Source: Amycolatopsis pithecellobii (lineage in GTDB: Bacteria > Actinomycetota > Actinomycetes > Mycobacteriales > Pseudonocardiaceae). From it: a DNA stretch of 32,000 nt. Position 1 is the stretch's first letter; each line of letters opens with the position of its first letter. The translations under genes were made by a program, and so were the position numbers. Location of the stretch: positions 1 to 32,000 of the forward strand of contig NZ_WMBA01000048.1 in the NCBI RefSeq assembly GCF_009707865.1, given 5' to 3'. This document shows positions 8,799 through 18,800 of this stretch, piece after piece. The notes beneath the pieces were generated by a model. It worked only from the letters and a program-made list of their open reading frames with translations. It did not search any database and was not told where the DNA came from.

Positions 8799-11700
8799 GC
8801 GTCGTCCTCCGCGCTTTTCCCGAAGTCCTCGTCCGCGAAGAAGATCAGCGGGACGAGCTCGGCGAGGCGTTTCTTGCGGGCTTGCGCCTTCTGCGGATGT
8901 TTCGTCTCGAACGCCGCGCGGGCAGCGGGCTCGTCGGGCGCGACGATGCACAGCTCAGCGCCCTGCTTCTCGGCCAGTCGCAGCTCCATGTCCCACAACT
9001 CCTCGGCGTGCGCCGACCACAGACCCGCTTCGAGAAGACGCAGTTCATCGATGAGTTTCCGGTTCTTACCCCGCCCCATCCGCCGGATCGCCTCGTTCTC
9101 GATGGCCGCGAGGGCGACCTCGGGCTGGTCACGCAGGAACGTTTCGCGGTGCGGGTCGTCGCCGCGGTCACCAATGTCGCGTCCTCCTGGATGGTAGGGC
9201 GGCTCCTCGATCCGGAAATCGGGACCGATCTCGTCCTGCAGCCGCAGCTCCCATGCCCACGCGCGCGCCTGGTGGTAACGCCAGAAACAGCCGTGCGCGA
9301 CGCCAAGGCTGGGGTCGTTCTGGCATTTCTTGTCGACCCTGGTCGGCCAATACCGCACCGCCAGATGGGACCAGTCGTAGTCCTTGCGACCACTCGCGAC
9401 GGCCAGCTCTTTCCACCACTTCTTCGGGTCTTTCCACTGCGGGTCGAGCAGCGGCCACAACGCGGCGGAGTTGATCATCACCCCGTCGTCGAGATCAGGC
9501 GCATACCGTGCGTCCCGCTCACGGGCCGGACACTTGTCGTCGGTCGGCGGCGCACCCCGATCCGCACACTGCTCGACATCGGCGATGAAGGCCCGCAACT
9601 CGTCCCGTGCCTTGGCCATCCGAACGTATTGCCGCTCGGCGGCAGTGGCGGCCTTTTTGTCCGCGCCGTCCCGGGCTGCGCGGACATCGGCAAGCTCGCC
9701 TTCCAATCGCTTCAGCGTCGGCATGAGATGGTCGGCGAGCAGCACCCGCAACGTCTGCTCATTCATCTGGTGAATATTAACCCACGCCACGAAGGTCTTG
9801 CCCGACGAGGACAGCGGCCAATGAATAGGCCGGTTTTCATACATGCCTTTATGGACGTCCTTGAAGAAATCAAGCGCAAGCCAGTCCCGCAGCCCGCGCC
9901 TCGTCCCGATCGCCGGACCGTACTCGGCCCAAGCAGTATGCAACGGCGCCGCGGCGGACTCCCCAAGACTGTCCCGCCAATCCGTGGCGTCCAACGTCCG
10001 ATCAAGAAACAAGATCCCACCCGGCAACACATGGGACAGGTCGGCAGTCGTGGGATTCAACACGCCCTTTCCCTCGGAATCAAAACGTCCAAGAGTCACG
10101 CCGAGCGCGAAACTAGCGTGGTCGACGGCGGGTTCAGGATCAAGCTCTTCAACATATTCTGGCAATGGCGTACCCGGTGAACGGTCGATGGCGACTTGGG
10201 CCCACTCTTGGACATGACGCCAGGCCGAAGGGCCAGGGCGACGAAACTCGACAGAGGGTTCACGGTGAGATTCATGCGTGACGAATGCCGCCTCGACCTG
10301 AGCGAAGATGGCATCAGCGTCCGGCATGGGGAACAGTGGAAGTCGGTTTACGTCACCAACAAGGAAATGCACTCCCGGATTTAGCGACGAAAGAATAAAT
10401 CGAGCAAAAGATGAGTTCAACAGGCAGACGATAGTTGCCAGATTGTCCTCGCCGGGAAAAACCGATGCGCCCATATGTCCGAAGACCGAACGATACCGAT
10501 GGGCGCGTGCGCTGAACCCGCTGCCGATGAGAGCGAAGGCAACACCCTTATTGAAGTAGAGACCCTCGTTCTTAACTGTCCGGGAGTACGATCCGTACAA
10601 CATCTCGTTGAAAACTTTTGCTTCCATGCCAAAGTTAGAGAATCGGACTACATCCCTCGCGTCTTCGAACCACGCCCGCCCTTCTGCTCCTTTAATGTAC
10701 AAAGCCCACTCTTCGGATGGGCAAGGATTCAGGTCGCCAAGCCCCAGATACACCCGAGACGGCAATAACTCCCATTGCATGCGCAGAAAGCGGGCGTTGT
10801 TTTGCGTGGACATCCCATTACGCACAGGGGCGACGTTTGCCAACTTTGCATAGTGTGTGTACACGTTAATAATGTCGTTGGCCCACCAATAGACAAGAGG
10901 CCAATCTGGAACGACCTTCAATTTGGCGGGGTCGAAGGTGCATCTCCCGTTGTGACAGAGAACGGCCGCACGCTTTCTGTTTAGTGCCGAAATAGACCGA
11001 TCGCGTGGTTCGTCCCGAGGTGTTGGAACTAGACCTGCGGCCTGCACGCCCTTCGTTATTCCCCGCAACAGGCAGTACATTGCGATAGTATTATCGCGCA
11101 TTTGCTCAAAGGAAGACCAGAGAAGATCGACCACGGACTGGACAGAATGTTCTTCCAGTATGCTCCCTCGAAATTCAGCATACTGATTAAGGTACATCCA
11201 CCCATTCATGGATACTTGCGCAGTATATCCCCCATTGCGCACCAGTTCCAAACCTCGTAGGAGAAATGCTGCATACAGGTCGGCTTTGCCAAGTGGGTAC
11301 ATTGTCTCTACATACGCCGAGTTCGCCATTTTGCTGGTGCCCTGGTATGGCGGGTTGGCCATAACCAGGTCGTACGTTCCTTCGCGGACAAGGCGGATGA
11401 AGCGGACGCCTGCAGTGAGTTGTTCGCCGCGTAGCCGGAGGCCTAGGTCGTCGCCGTTGGTGTGTCTGGTTAGGAAGGTTTCCAGGCGGTCGAGCAGGGT
11501 GGCCTTGGCTTCGGCACGGCCGATGGTGGTGCGTTTGGGCTGTGGCGTGCCGTCGTCGAACAATGACCCCTGCTCGCTGATCGCCCGGCCGAACGCGGCT
11601 TCGTGTTGGGCCAGTGCCTTGTCCACCGCGGCGTCGACCTTGAGCAGGCTGCCTAGATGGTCGGCGCCGCGGAGGGCGTGGATCAGGGTGTCGGTCAGCT

Positions 11701-12737
11701 CGCCGGGTAGGCCGGTCTCGCGTTCGACCTCGCGGCGCAGTTCGACTAGTGCCGGGTCGTCGTCGGCGAGGCCGGCCAGACGCAGGTTCGACGCGACCAG
11801 GTTCAACCGTTCAGGTTGGGCGCCAGGGCAAATTTGTTGGGCCTTGAGCCAGAGGGCCGCCGCCGCGATCTGGATCGCCCGTGGATCAAGATCGATGCCG
11901 TGCAGGTTGTGCGACAAGATGCGTTCGATGATCGCCCGGTCGGACCAGCGCTCCGCGTCGGCTTCGCCCCGGTGCCGTGCTTCCTCGCGATAAAGGGGAA
12001 CAAGCAGGTCCAGCGCCACGACGAGGAAATGGCCTGAGCCTGCTGCTGGGTCGATCAGCTTCAGGTCACGCACGGTGTCGGGTGCTTGTGCCACGGCGTC
12101 GTCGGGGATCGGTTGCGGCAGGTAGTAGGCCCAGTGGCGTTCGGCTTCGGTATGCAGCGGCATCAGGTCGGTCAGCTCGACTTCGCCGGACCCGCGCTTG
12201 GCCCGCCACTCCGTGCGCCGCTCTTCCAACCGGTCCAGCGTGCCGTCAGCCTGGACTTCCGGGGTCCAGCCGTGTTTGCGGCACATGGCGAGCCACATGG
12301 GTCCGAGGCTGTTCTGCAGCCAGTCCACCATATAGCGCTCGGTGAACATCTGGGTTTTGCTGGCGATCTCGTGCGGCTCCACCTTGCCGCCGCCATTGAG
12401 CTTGTCGTCGAGGGCTTCACGTTCGGGGTCATTCCAGTACTGGTAGACCCAGCCGAGGGTCATGTCGTCGGTCCAGCAACTGTCCAGCGCATCGTCATTG
12501 AGCGCGTCAACCACGTGCCGGAGCGTCGACGCCGGGACTGGAATTAGATCAGCGATACCCGCAGGCCCGTAGAGACCAGGCAGTTCGATGGCGAGGTCTT
12601 CGAACGTGAGGCGCAGCAGGAACGCGTAGCCCTCGGTCTCGTCGGCGCGCACCAGGTCTTTGGCGAGGTCGCGGAAGTCTGTGTAGCCGCGGCTTTCCCA
12701 GCCGCCGGTCAGCACGGCGGGCGCCCGTAACGGCTTA
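8795..12737 (-). pseudogene. pglX: BREX PglX N6-adenine DNA methyltransferase, main body (1313 codons), cut off from its 5' end by IS insertions
   Basis: AdoMet motif LIDPAAGSGHFLV and catalytic motif MANPPYQG (NPPY = 11345-11356). PglX-type C-terminus (HWPLSSSGKTF..., YAPDLDDGVMINSAALWPLL, DYDWSHLAVRYWPTRVDKKC). The frame stays open upstream of the GTG at 12715 right up to the IS junction, and it continues in frame with the fragment at 15022-15344 once the IS DNA is removed. Confidence 0.88.
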
Positions 12738-12738
12738 G

Positions 12739-14120
12739 TACTGCAACGACACTTCGAGATGTTGTCGGCGGCGGTAGTGGCTGGTTCGGGCTCGGGCTTG
12801 GCTGCTTCGTCGCCATCGTGACCAGTGCAGGGCGTGCTGGATTGTGTGGCGAATTGGCGTGGTGACGCGGTTGAGTAGTTTGCGGATTTCGTTGGATGTT
12901 AGCGGTATCAGGCCGGGCGTGGAGCCCCTTTTTTCGCGGCGTCCCGGGTGATCACGAGAAACGCCGCGGCAGCCATCGAAAGGGTGATATGCCGGTACCA
13001 GGCTTCGTATCTGCGGGCCTGGTAGTGGTCGAGTCCGGTTTCGTTCTTCGCGGTTTGGAAGCTTTCTTCGATCGCCCAGCGGCTTCCGGCAACACGCACC
13101 AGTTCTGGCAAATCGGTTTCGGCAGGGCCGAAGCAAATGTAGTAGGAAATCTCGGTCGGGTCGCTGATCGAGCGGCGAGCCAGCAGCCAATGCCCGGCCT
13201 CGGGGCAACGCAGGGGCCGGATGTCGACCGCGGCCCAGTCGTAGATCCGCTGGCCGTGGGCGCCATCGCCGCAGGACAGACGCTGCCAGATAGCCGGGTC
13301 GATCTCGGCGATGACGGCGTGGGCGCGCCGCTGCCGCAGATCCATGGAAATCACCATCTGCGACTTGGGGACCGCGAGCACGTGTGCGATGTCCTGCGCT
13401 TCCAGCCAGAGCCGCAGCCGTCCGACCTGGCCGTAGGCTTCATCGGCGGTGAACCACGCAAACGGAATATTCGCCGCCAGTGCACGTTCCACCATCCGCT
13501 GCGCCAGCTCCGGCTTGGTCGCGAAACCGACATCGTCGGGAATGCCGGCGGCAGCGCACCGGTCACGATCGGCGATCCAGTCTTTCGGCAGATACAACTC
13601 CCGATCGATCAACGCCCGGCCACGGTCCGACGCATACGCCAAGAACACCCCGATCTGGGAATTCTCGATCCGCCCGGCCGTGCCCGAATACTGGCGTGCC
13701 ACGCCAGCGGATTTTATGCCCTTCTTCACGAAGCCGGTCTCGTCCGCGATCAAGACTCCGCGTTCGGCGTCGCCGAGAACCTCGACCACCGCGCCCCGCA
13801 CGTCGTCACGTACCCCATCCGCGTCCCAGGCATAGAAGTTCAGCAGCCGCTGCATACCCTGCGGGCCGGCCTCACCGGCCATCTCCGCCAGCGTCCAACC
13901 GTTCTTCCGCTCGACCTCGGCCAGCAGTCCCCGCAGGTAGGACACCATCTGCCGGCGCGGCTCGACCCGCGAAAACCGCGTCGCGAACCGCCCCGCGAAC
14001 TCAGCGAACCGCGCAGACCAGCCCGTCACCATCTCCAACACACAAGATCAACTACACTATGGACAGCGCTGAGCCTAGCCGACACACCCAGCCAACACGT
14101 AACAAAGTGTCGTTGCAGTA
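12739..14120 (-). mobile_element. IS701-family insertion sequence (1382 bp) inside pglX
   Basis: 16-bp terminal inverted repeats TACTGCAACGACACTT (12739-12754 and the reverse complement of 14105-14120). Flanked by a direct TTAG at 12735-12738 and 14121-14124. Contains a single DDE transposase ORF. Confidence 0.85.
12908..14041 (-). CDS. IS701-family DDE transposase (377 aa)
   Basis: Motifs typical of IS701/ISRso17-type transposases: LIADETGFVKKG, ARQYSGTAGRIENSQIG, FTADEAYG, RWAIEESFQTAKNETGLDHYQ. Confidence 0.85.
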   Translation of the reverse strand: MLEMVTGWSARFAEFAGRFATRFSRVEPRRQMVSYLRGLLAEVERKNGWTLAEMAGEAGPQGMQRLLNFYAWDADGVRDDVRGAVVEVLGDAERGVLIADETGFVKKGIKSAGVARQYSGTAGRIENSQIGVFLAYASDRGRALIDRELYLPKDWIADRDRCAAAGIPDDVGFATKPELAQRMVERALAANIPFAWFTADEAYGQVGRLRLWLEAQDIAHVLAVPKSQMVISMDLRQRRAHAVIAEIDPAIWQRLSCGDGAHGQRIYDWAAVDIRPLRCPEAGHWLLARRSISDPTEISYYICFGPAETDLPELVRVAGSRWAIEESFQTAKNETGLDHYQARRYEAWYRHITLSMAAAAFLVITRDAAKKGAPRPA

Positions 14121-14123
14121 TTA

Positions 14124-15021
14124 GAGGTCCTAACAGAATGATCTTGGGTGTGGTTTGATCTTGCCGGAGTGGTGATCGTCTGGCGGGAGGTTGGTGTGGC
14201 CCAGCGCAGGCCGTGGGAGGTCGAGGATGGGCTGTGGGAGCTGATCGAGCCGTTGCTGCCCAAGGTCGAGCGGCGTTTCCGCAACCCTGGCCGCAGGCGG
14301 CTGGATGACCGCAAAGCGTTGTGCGGGATCCTGTTCGTGCTGTACACGGGCATTCCGTGGGAGTTTCTGCCGCAGGAGATGGGATACGGCTCGGGGATGA
14401 CCTGTTGGCGGCGGCTGCGCGACTGGCACGATGCGCAGGTGTGGCAGCGTCTGCACGAGCTGCTGCTGGCCAAGCTGAATGCCGCTGGGCTGATCGACTG
14501 GTCGCGGGCCGCGGTGGACGGGTCGCACGTTCGCGCGTTAAAGGGGGCCCGAAAACCGGTCCCAGTCCGGTCGATCGGGCCAGGACGGGCTCGAAGCATC
14601 ATGTGATCACCGAGGGCGGCGGCCTCCCGTTGGCGGTGACGCTGACCGGCGGCAACCGTCACGATGTCACCCAACTGCTCCCGCTGGTCGAGTCGATTCC
14701 GCCTGTCCGGGGACGACGTGGGCGGCCCCGCCGTCGCCCTGACGAGATCTACGCCGACCGCGCCTACGACTCCAACAAGCACCGAGACCTGGTGCGCGCG
14801 AAGGGGATCGAGCCCCGGTTCGCCCGCAAGGGCACCGAGCACGGTTCCGGGCTGGGCCTGAACCGCTGGGTCGTCGAACAATGCTTCGCGTTGCTGCACT
14901 GGTTCCGGCGGCTGCGCTCCGGTGGGAAATCCGCGACGACATCCACGAAGCCTTCCTCAGCATCGGATGCAGCATCATCTGCTGGCGCCGACTCAAGATC
15001 AACTCATTGTGTTAGGACCTC
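14124..15021 (+). mobile_element. IS5-family (IS427-group-like) insertion sequence (898 bp) inside pglX, abutting the IS701 element
   Basis: Inverted repeats GAGGTCCTAACAGAATGA (14124-14141) and the reverse complement of 15004-15021 (GAGGTCCTAACACAATGA) match at 17 of 18 positions. Flanked by TTA at 14121-14123 and 15022-15024. Confidence 0.85.
14196..15015 (+). pseudogene. IS5/IS427-type transposase: orfA/orfB joined by a -1 frameshift, plus a likely additional frameshift near the 3' end
   Basis: orfA reads RRPWEVEDGLWELIEPLLP...DGSHVRALKG. It shifts -1 at the slippery TTAAAGGGGG (14538-14547) into GPKTGPSPVDRARTGSKHHV...DRAYDS...NRWVVEQCFALLHWFRRLR. The expected tail RWEIRDDIHEAFLSIGCSIICWRRLKINSLC* (stop 15013-15015, inside the IR) is in yet another frame from about 14917. 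Confidence 0.7.
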
Positions 15022-15344
<323 letters not shown>

Positions 15345-15709
15345 TGGTCGAAGGACCGGATCCTCGCCGCCGTCAAGCAGGCCGACACACAGCCGGTGAC
15401 AACCGGACTGGCACCTGCGGTGCCGGCGTTGACCCCACGCGAACTCGATCTGGTGCGCGAACTGGACTCCGGGTTTTCCTACCAGGAGATCGCCAGGCAA
15501 CTCGGACTGACCACCGAGACGGTGCGCACCTACTCAAAGTCGCTCTACACCAAGCTGGATGCGCACTCGCGCGGCGAAGCCGTCTTCCGGGCACGGCTAC
15601 AGGGTCTGCTTTAGCGAACCCCCACAAATGTGGCTGTCGGTCACACTCCAGGAAGTACACCCTGGATGACCGCCGCGGAAATGCCGCAAGTCCACCCCAA
15701 AGGAGTGTC

Positions 15710-16657
15710 GTGCGCCTTGCCAGCTTCGGGCCCTCGCAGATCGAAAGTCCGGGCATCCTGCTCGGTGAGCAGCTACTTGATGTCCGTCGCGCGCTCGCAC
15801 GGCGCGGACATCACGCTGTCGGCACGCTGACCGATCTGATCTCGTTGCCGTACTGGCGAGAGATCGCCGCCCTGCTCGTCAAGGAGGCCGAAGACGCCGA
15901 CATGGTGCCGGTGTCCGGCACGCGTATCGGGCCGCCGATACCGCGCCCCGGCCAGGTGATCCTCATGGGCGCCAACACCTATTCCCACGTCAAGGAGTCG
16001 GTGGCCATCTCCGGCGGGGTGCCACCCCACCGGCCGATGGCGGTCGGGAAGGCATCCGGGACGGTCGTCGGACCAACCGACGACGTCGTACGACGGCCGG
16101 GCGTCGAGACCCTCGACTACGAAGTCGAGCTCGGCGTGGTCATCGGGACCACTGCCCGCGACATCCCCGAGGAGCGGGCGCTGGACGTCGTCGCCGGGGT
16201 GACCGTCGTCAACGACATGGCCGACCGTGACCTGCAACGGGCCATCCACGAGGATCAGGACTTCTACCGCAACCCCTACCTCGGGAAAAGCTACGACGGT
16301 TTCTGCCCGAGCGGTCCGGCGCTGGTCACCGTGGACGAGTTGGACGATTTCCGGGACCCGGCCGCGATCCGGCTCCGCACCTGGGTGAACGACGAACTCC
16401 GCCAGGACTCGGACCTGACGGACCTCGTGTTCGACGTGCCGCGGATCATCTCCTATCTCTCGACGGTGCTGACCCTCATGCCCGGGGATCTCATCTGCAC
16501 CGGCAGCCCGGCGGGAGTGGCGGCCTTCCGGAAGCCGCCGCGGTACCTGCAGCCCGGTGACCTGGTCCGGACCGACATCACCCGACTCGGCGGCACCGCA
16601 AACCGGATCGTCGCCGCCCGTCATCCGACCACCAGCGAAAAAGGAGCTTCTCAATGA
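15710..16657 (+). CDS. Fumarylacetoacetate hydrolase (FAH) family protein
   Basis: GTG at 15710 is preceded by AAGGAG (15700-15705). Motifs GANTYSHVKE, LDYEVELGVVIG and PGDLICTGSPAGV. The 122 upstream codons of the track ORF are R/G-rich and overlap the LuxR gene. Confidence 0.85.
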   Translation: MRLASFGPSQIESPGILLGEQLLDVRRALARRGHHAVGTLTDLISLPYWREIAALLVKEAEDADMVPVSGTRIGPPIPRPGQVILMGANTYSHVKESVAISGGVPPHRPMAVGKASGTVVGPTDDVVRRPGVETLDYEVELGVVIGTTARDIPEERALDVVAGVTVVNDMADRDLQRAIHEDQDFYRNPYLGKSYDGFCPSGPALVTVDELDDFRDPAAIRLRTWVNDELRQDSDLTDLVFDVPRIISYLSTVLTLMPGDLICTGSPAGVAAFRKPPRYLQPGDLVRTDITRLGGTANRIVAARHPTTSEKGASQ

Positions 16658-17800
16658 TGTTGTCAAGCCGCCGTGGTGACGGGTGTGGCTTGGTAGCGGG
16701 CTCCGTTTCGGATCATGGCCCACAGGACGTTGACCCGTCGACGGGCGAGGGAGAGCAGTGCTTGTTTGTGGTTTTTCCCCTCGTGTCGCTTGCGCCAGTA
16801 GTAGGTGCGGGAGGCGGGGCAGCCTCTGAGGCTGGCCAGTGCGGACAGGTAGAACGCGCGCAGCAGCGTGCGGTTGAACCGTCTGGGGCGGCGCAGGTTG
16901 CCGCTGACTCGACCGGAATCGCGTGGTGCGGGTGCGAGGCCGGCGAATCCGGCCAGGCGGTCGGCGCTGCCGAACGCGGCCAGATCGCCGCCGGTGGCGG
17001 CGAGGGTGGCGGCGTTGCGGACCTTGCGTGTGGCCAGCCAGGTCTCGATCTGTTTCGCGCCCGCTCGGCGGATCGCGGCCGGGGTCTGGAAACCGGTGAG
17101 CAGGACGACCGGGCCCTGGTTGGTCAGGTCGAGCGCGCGTTCCAGGACGGGGAAGATCTCCAGCAGTTGCGCGTGCAGCCGGTTGATCTGCCGGGTTCGG
17201 TCGGCCACCAGGTCGGCGCGGCGTGTGGTCAGGATGCGCAAATCGACGGCGCTCTCGTCGCCGGGTCGCAGCTGTCCAAGGTCGTTGCGCATGCGGGCTT
17301 GGTCGGCGATGACGAACGCATCCTTGGCGTCGGTTTTGCCTTCCCCGCGGTAGGTGCCGGAGGCGCGGTGCACGGCCAGGCCGGTCAGATAAGTCATCGG
17401 CTGGTTGCGGTTGACCAGCAGGGCGATCAGCAGCGCGGCGCCGCCGTGGTTGAGGTCCACCGCCCACAACACGTCCTGCGAGATCTCCAGTACGTCAGCG
17501 ATCAGTTTCAGCAGCGTGGTCTCGTCGTTGAGCACCCGACGCGACAGCAGCCGCTCGCCCTGGGCGTTGATCACCACGCAGTGGTGACGTTCCTTGCCGA
17601 CATCCACTCCGGCCCACAGCTCGGGCACCGGCACCTCCACACGCTCGATCGTCATCATTCCCACAGACGACCTCGCCGACGTTGCCCTACACAGCGATCG
17701 TTCGCAGTTCTCAATGAGCGGTCGAGTCATCGCGGGGACTCCGGGTGGCCAAGCTCCTTGAGCCATCCGACGGCTCACACCATGCAGCCATGCCCAGAAC
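16658..17800 (-). mobile_element. IS110-family element (ends not definable by eye; the family lacks classical IRs)
   Basis: Contains the IS110-type transposase. It lies between the FAH stop (16657) and the VOC gene start (17863). The boundaries given are approximate. Confidence 0.55.
16663..17658 (-). CDS. IS110-family (DEDD) transposase, about 331 aa from MMTIERV; possibly internally deleted
   Basis: ELWAGVDVGKERHHCVV, GEGKTDAKDAFVIA and LAGFAGLAPAPRDSGRVSG are IS110 hallmarks. The helix-hairpin-helix 'PG(I/V)G' segment that normally precedes the ...AAFGSADRLAGFAGL block is absent. Confidence 0.8.
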   Translation of the reverse strand: MMTIERVEVPVPELWAGVDVGKERHHCVVINAQGERLLSRRVLNDETTLLKLIADVLEISQDVLWAVDLNHGGAALLIALLVNRNQPMTYLTGLAVHRASGTYRGEGKTDAKDAFVIADQARMRNDLGQLRPGDESAVDLRILTTRRADLVADRTRQINRLHAQLLEIFPVLERALDLTNQGPVVLLTGFQTPAAIRRAGAKQIETWLATRKVRNAATLAATGGDLAAFGSADRLAGFAGLAPAPRDSGRVSGNLRRPRRFNRTLLRAFYLSALASLRGCPASRTYYWRKRHEGKNHKQALLSLARRRVNVLWAMIRNGARYQATPVTTAA

Positions 17801-17862
17801 CCCTGGGTCCACCAAGCCTACGAATGCCGATTCAGACCCAACAAGAAAGGTAGGGCACACCA

Positions 17863-18339
17863 GTGAGCACACCAACCCTGAACGGGATCCACCACATCCG
17901 GATCCCGGTCAGCGACCTCGCCACCAGCCTGAGCTGGTACCAGCGCGTTCTCGACGCGACCCACCGTCCCGAGTACAACCACTACGCCCTCGACGGCACA
18001 CTCAACGCCTACATCCTCGACATCCCCACCCTGCCGTTGGTCGAGCTACGCTTGGCGCCGCTGACCGCCGCCGGCTGCAAGGGGTTCGACCCACTCATCT
18101 TCTCTGTCCCCGGCCGCTCCGACATCGAGGCGTGGATCCGGCACCTTGACGCCGAAGGCGTCGAACACTCCCCTGAACTGCGCGGCCTCCTCGGCTGGAC
18201 GCTGGTGTTCCTCGATCCCGACGGGCTCGCGCTGCGGGTGTACACCGAAGAGGTCCACGAATGGGATCACGACAAGGCGGACCTGCACTCGCCATGGCTG
18301 TACACCTCGCGCGACGCGCAGGCCCCCACTGCCGGGTGA
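17863..18339 (+). CDS. VOC (glyoxalase/bleomycin-resistance/dioxygenase) family protein
   Basis: LNGIHHIRIPVSDLATSLSWYQRVL...LVFLDPDGLALRVY is typical of the VOC fold. GTG start with GAAAGG upstream. Confidence 0.75.
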   Translation: MSTPTLNGIHHIRIPVSDLATSLSWYQRVLDATHRPEYNHYALDGTLNAYILDIPTLPLVELRLAPLTAAGCKGFDPLIFSVPGRSDIEAWIRHLDAEGVEHSPELRGLLGWTLVFLDPDGLALRVYTEEVHEWDHDKADLHSPWLYTSRDAQAPTAG

Positions 18340-18541
18340 GTGCGCATCCACATCAACGACGGATATAGGCGGAGTGACCGGACCGGTGCGGCCGGTGGTC
18401 TGCCGACCTCCACAACGACAACCGGTCAACCACACCCAAGATCTTTAACCGACCCGGTGATGGGGACCACGCGTCGCCTTCCTTGGTCTAAAACAGAAAT
18501 CGGCCGCGCACATGGGCGTGGCAGCTGAGGCCTGTCCTCGA

Positions 18542-18567
18542 GGCGGGTCTCGACCGGGAGACCCGCC
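18542..18567. terminator. Strong GC hairpin (10-bp stem) in the intergenic region
   Basis: ggcgggtctc-gaccgg-gagacccgcc forms a perfect 10-bp stem. It lies about 200 nt downstream of the VOC gene, with no T-tract. Confidence 0.3.
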
Positions 18568-18673
18568 AACGGTCTGAGGCGGGCCGGCAGCCGTCAGTGG
18601 ACGCAGGTCGCCGACGCACAGCCGGCATGACGGGCAATGCGTTGGCGGATCTCATTTACCAACGATTGGCTAT

Positions 18674-18800
18674 TTGAGGGACCGTCCGTACCGGCAGGTG
18701 ATCACATCCGAGCTCACCGTCATGGCTGGGCCGGCCGGCGTCGGCAAGACGACACTGCTCGAGCAAGCCCGAGCAGCCTCCGTCGACGCCGTCAGAGGTG
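18674..18800 (+). pseudogene. Remnant of the 5' end of a P-loop NTPase/large LuxR (LAL)-type regulator gene
   Basis: LTVMAGPAGVGKTTLLEQARAASVDAVRGAC has a Walker A and the following 'G.C' pattern seen at LAL regulator N-termini. The frame then runs antisense into the 3' end of the aminotransferase gene and degenerates. Confidence 0.2.

Noticed and set aside
8799-8951. N-terminal 51-codon extension of the PglZ ORF (track start 8951)
   Set aside because: The extension (MHRRARRARCPRGVRDE...) is Arg-rich and lies wholly inside the pglX coding frame. The ATG at 8798 gives an ATGA stop/start overlap, as at the other junctions of the operon.
8882-10180. 432-aa plus-strand ORF, with others antisense to the defence genes (2877-3653, 3302-3880, 5098-5832, 5829-6797, 7551-8285, 8430-9197, 11208-11993, 12086-12547)
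   Set aside because: All lie opposite the pglX, pglZ, brxD and brxHI frames, which carry clear catalytic motifs. The sequences are low-complexity and Arg/Pro-rich.
12896-14158. 420-aa plus-strand ORF spanning the IS701 element
   Set aside because: It is antisense to the motif-bearing IS701 transposase and crosses the IS terminal repeat into the neighbouring IS, which a real gene would not do.
15773-17467. 564-aa minus-strand ORF and 399-aa plus-strand ORF (16654-17853)
   Set aside because: Both are extremely R/P/G-rich. The first is antisense to the FAH gene and out of frame with the IS110 transposase. The second is antisense to the IS110 transposase. The motif-bearing frames explain the DNA.
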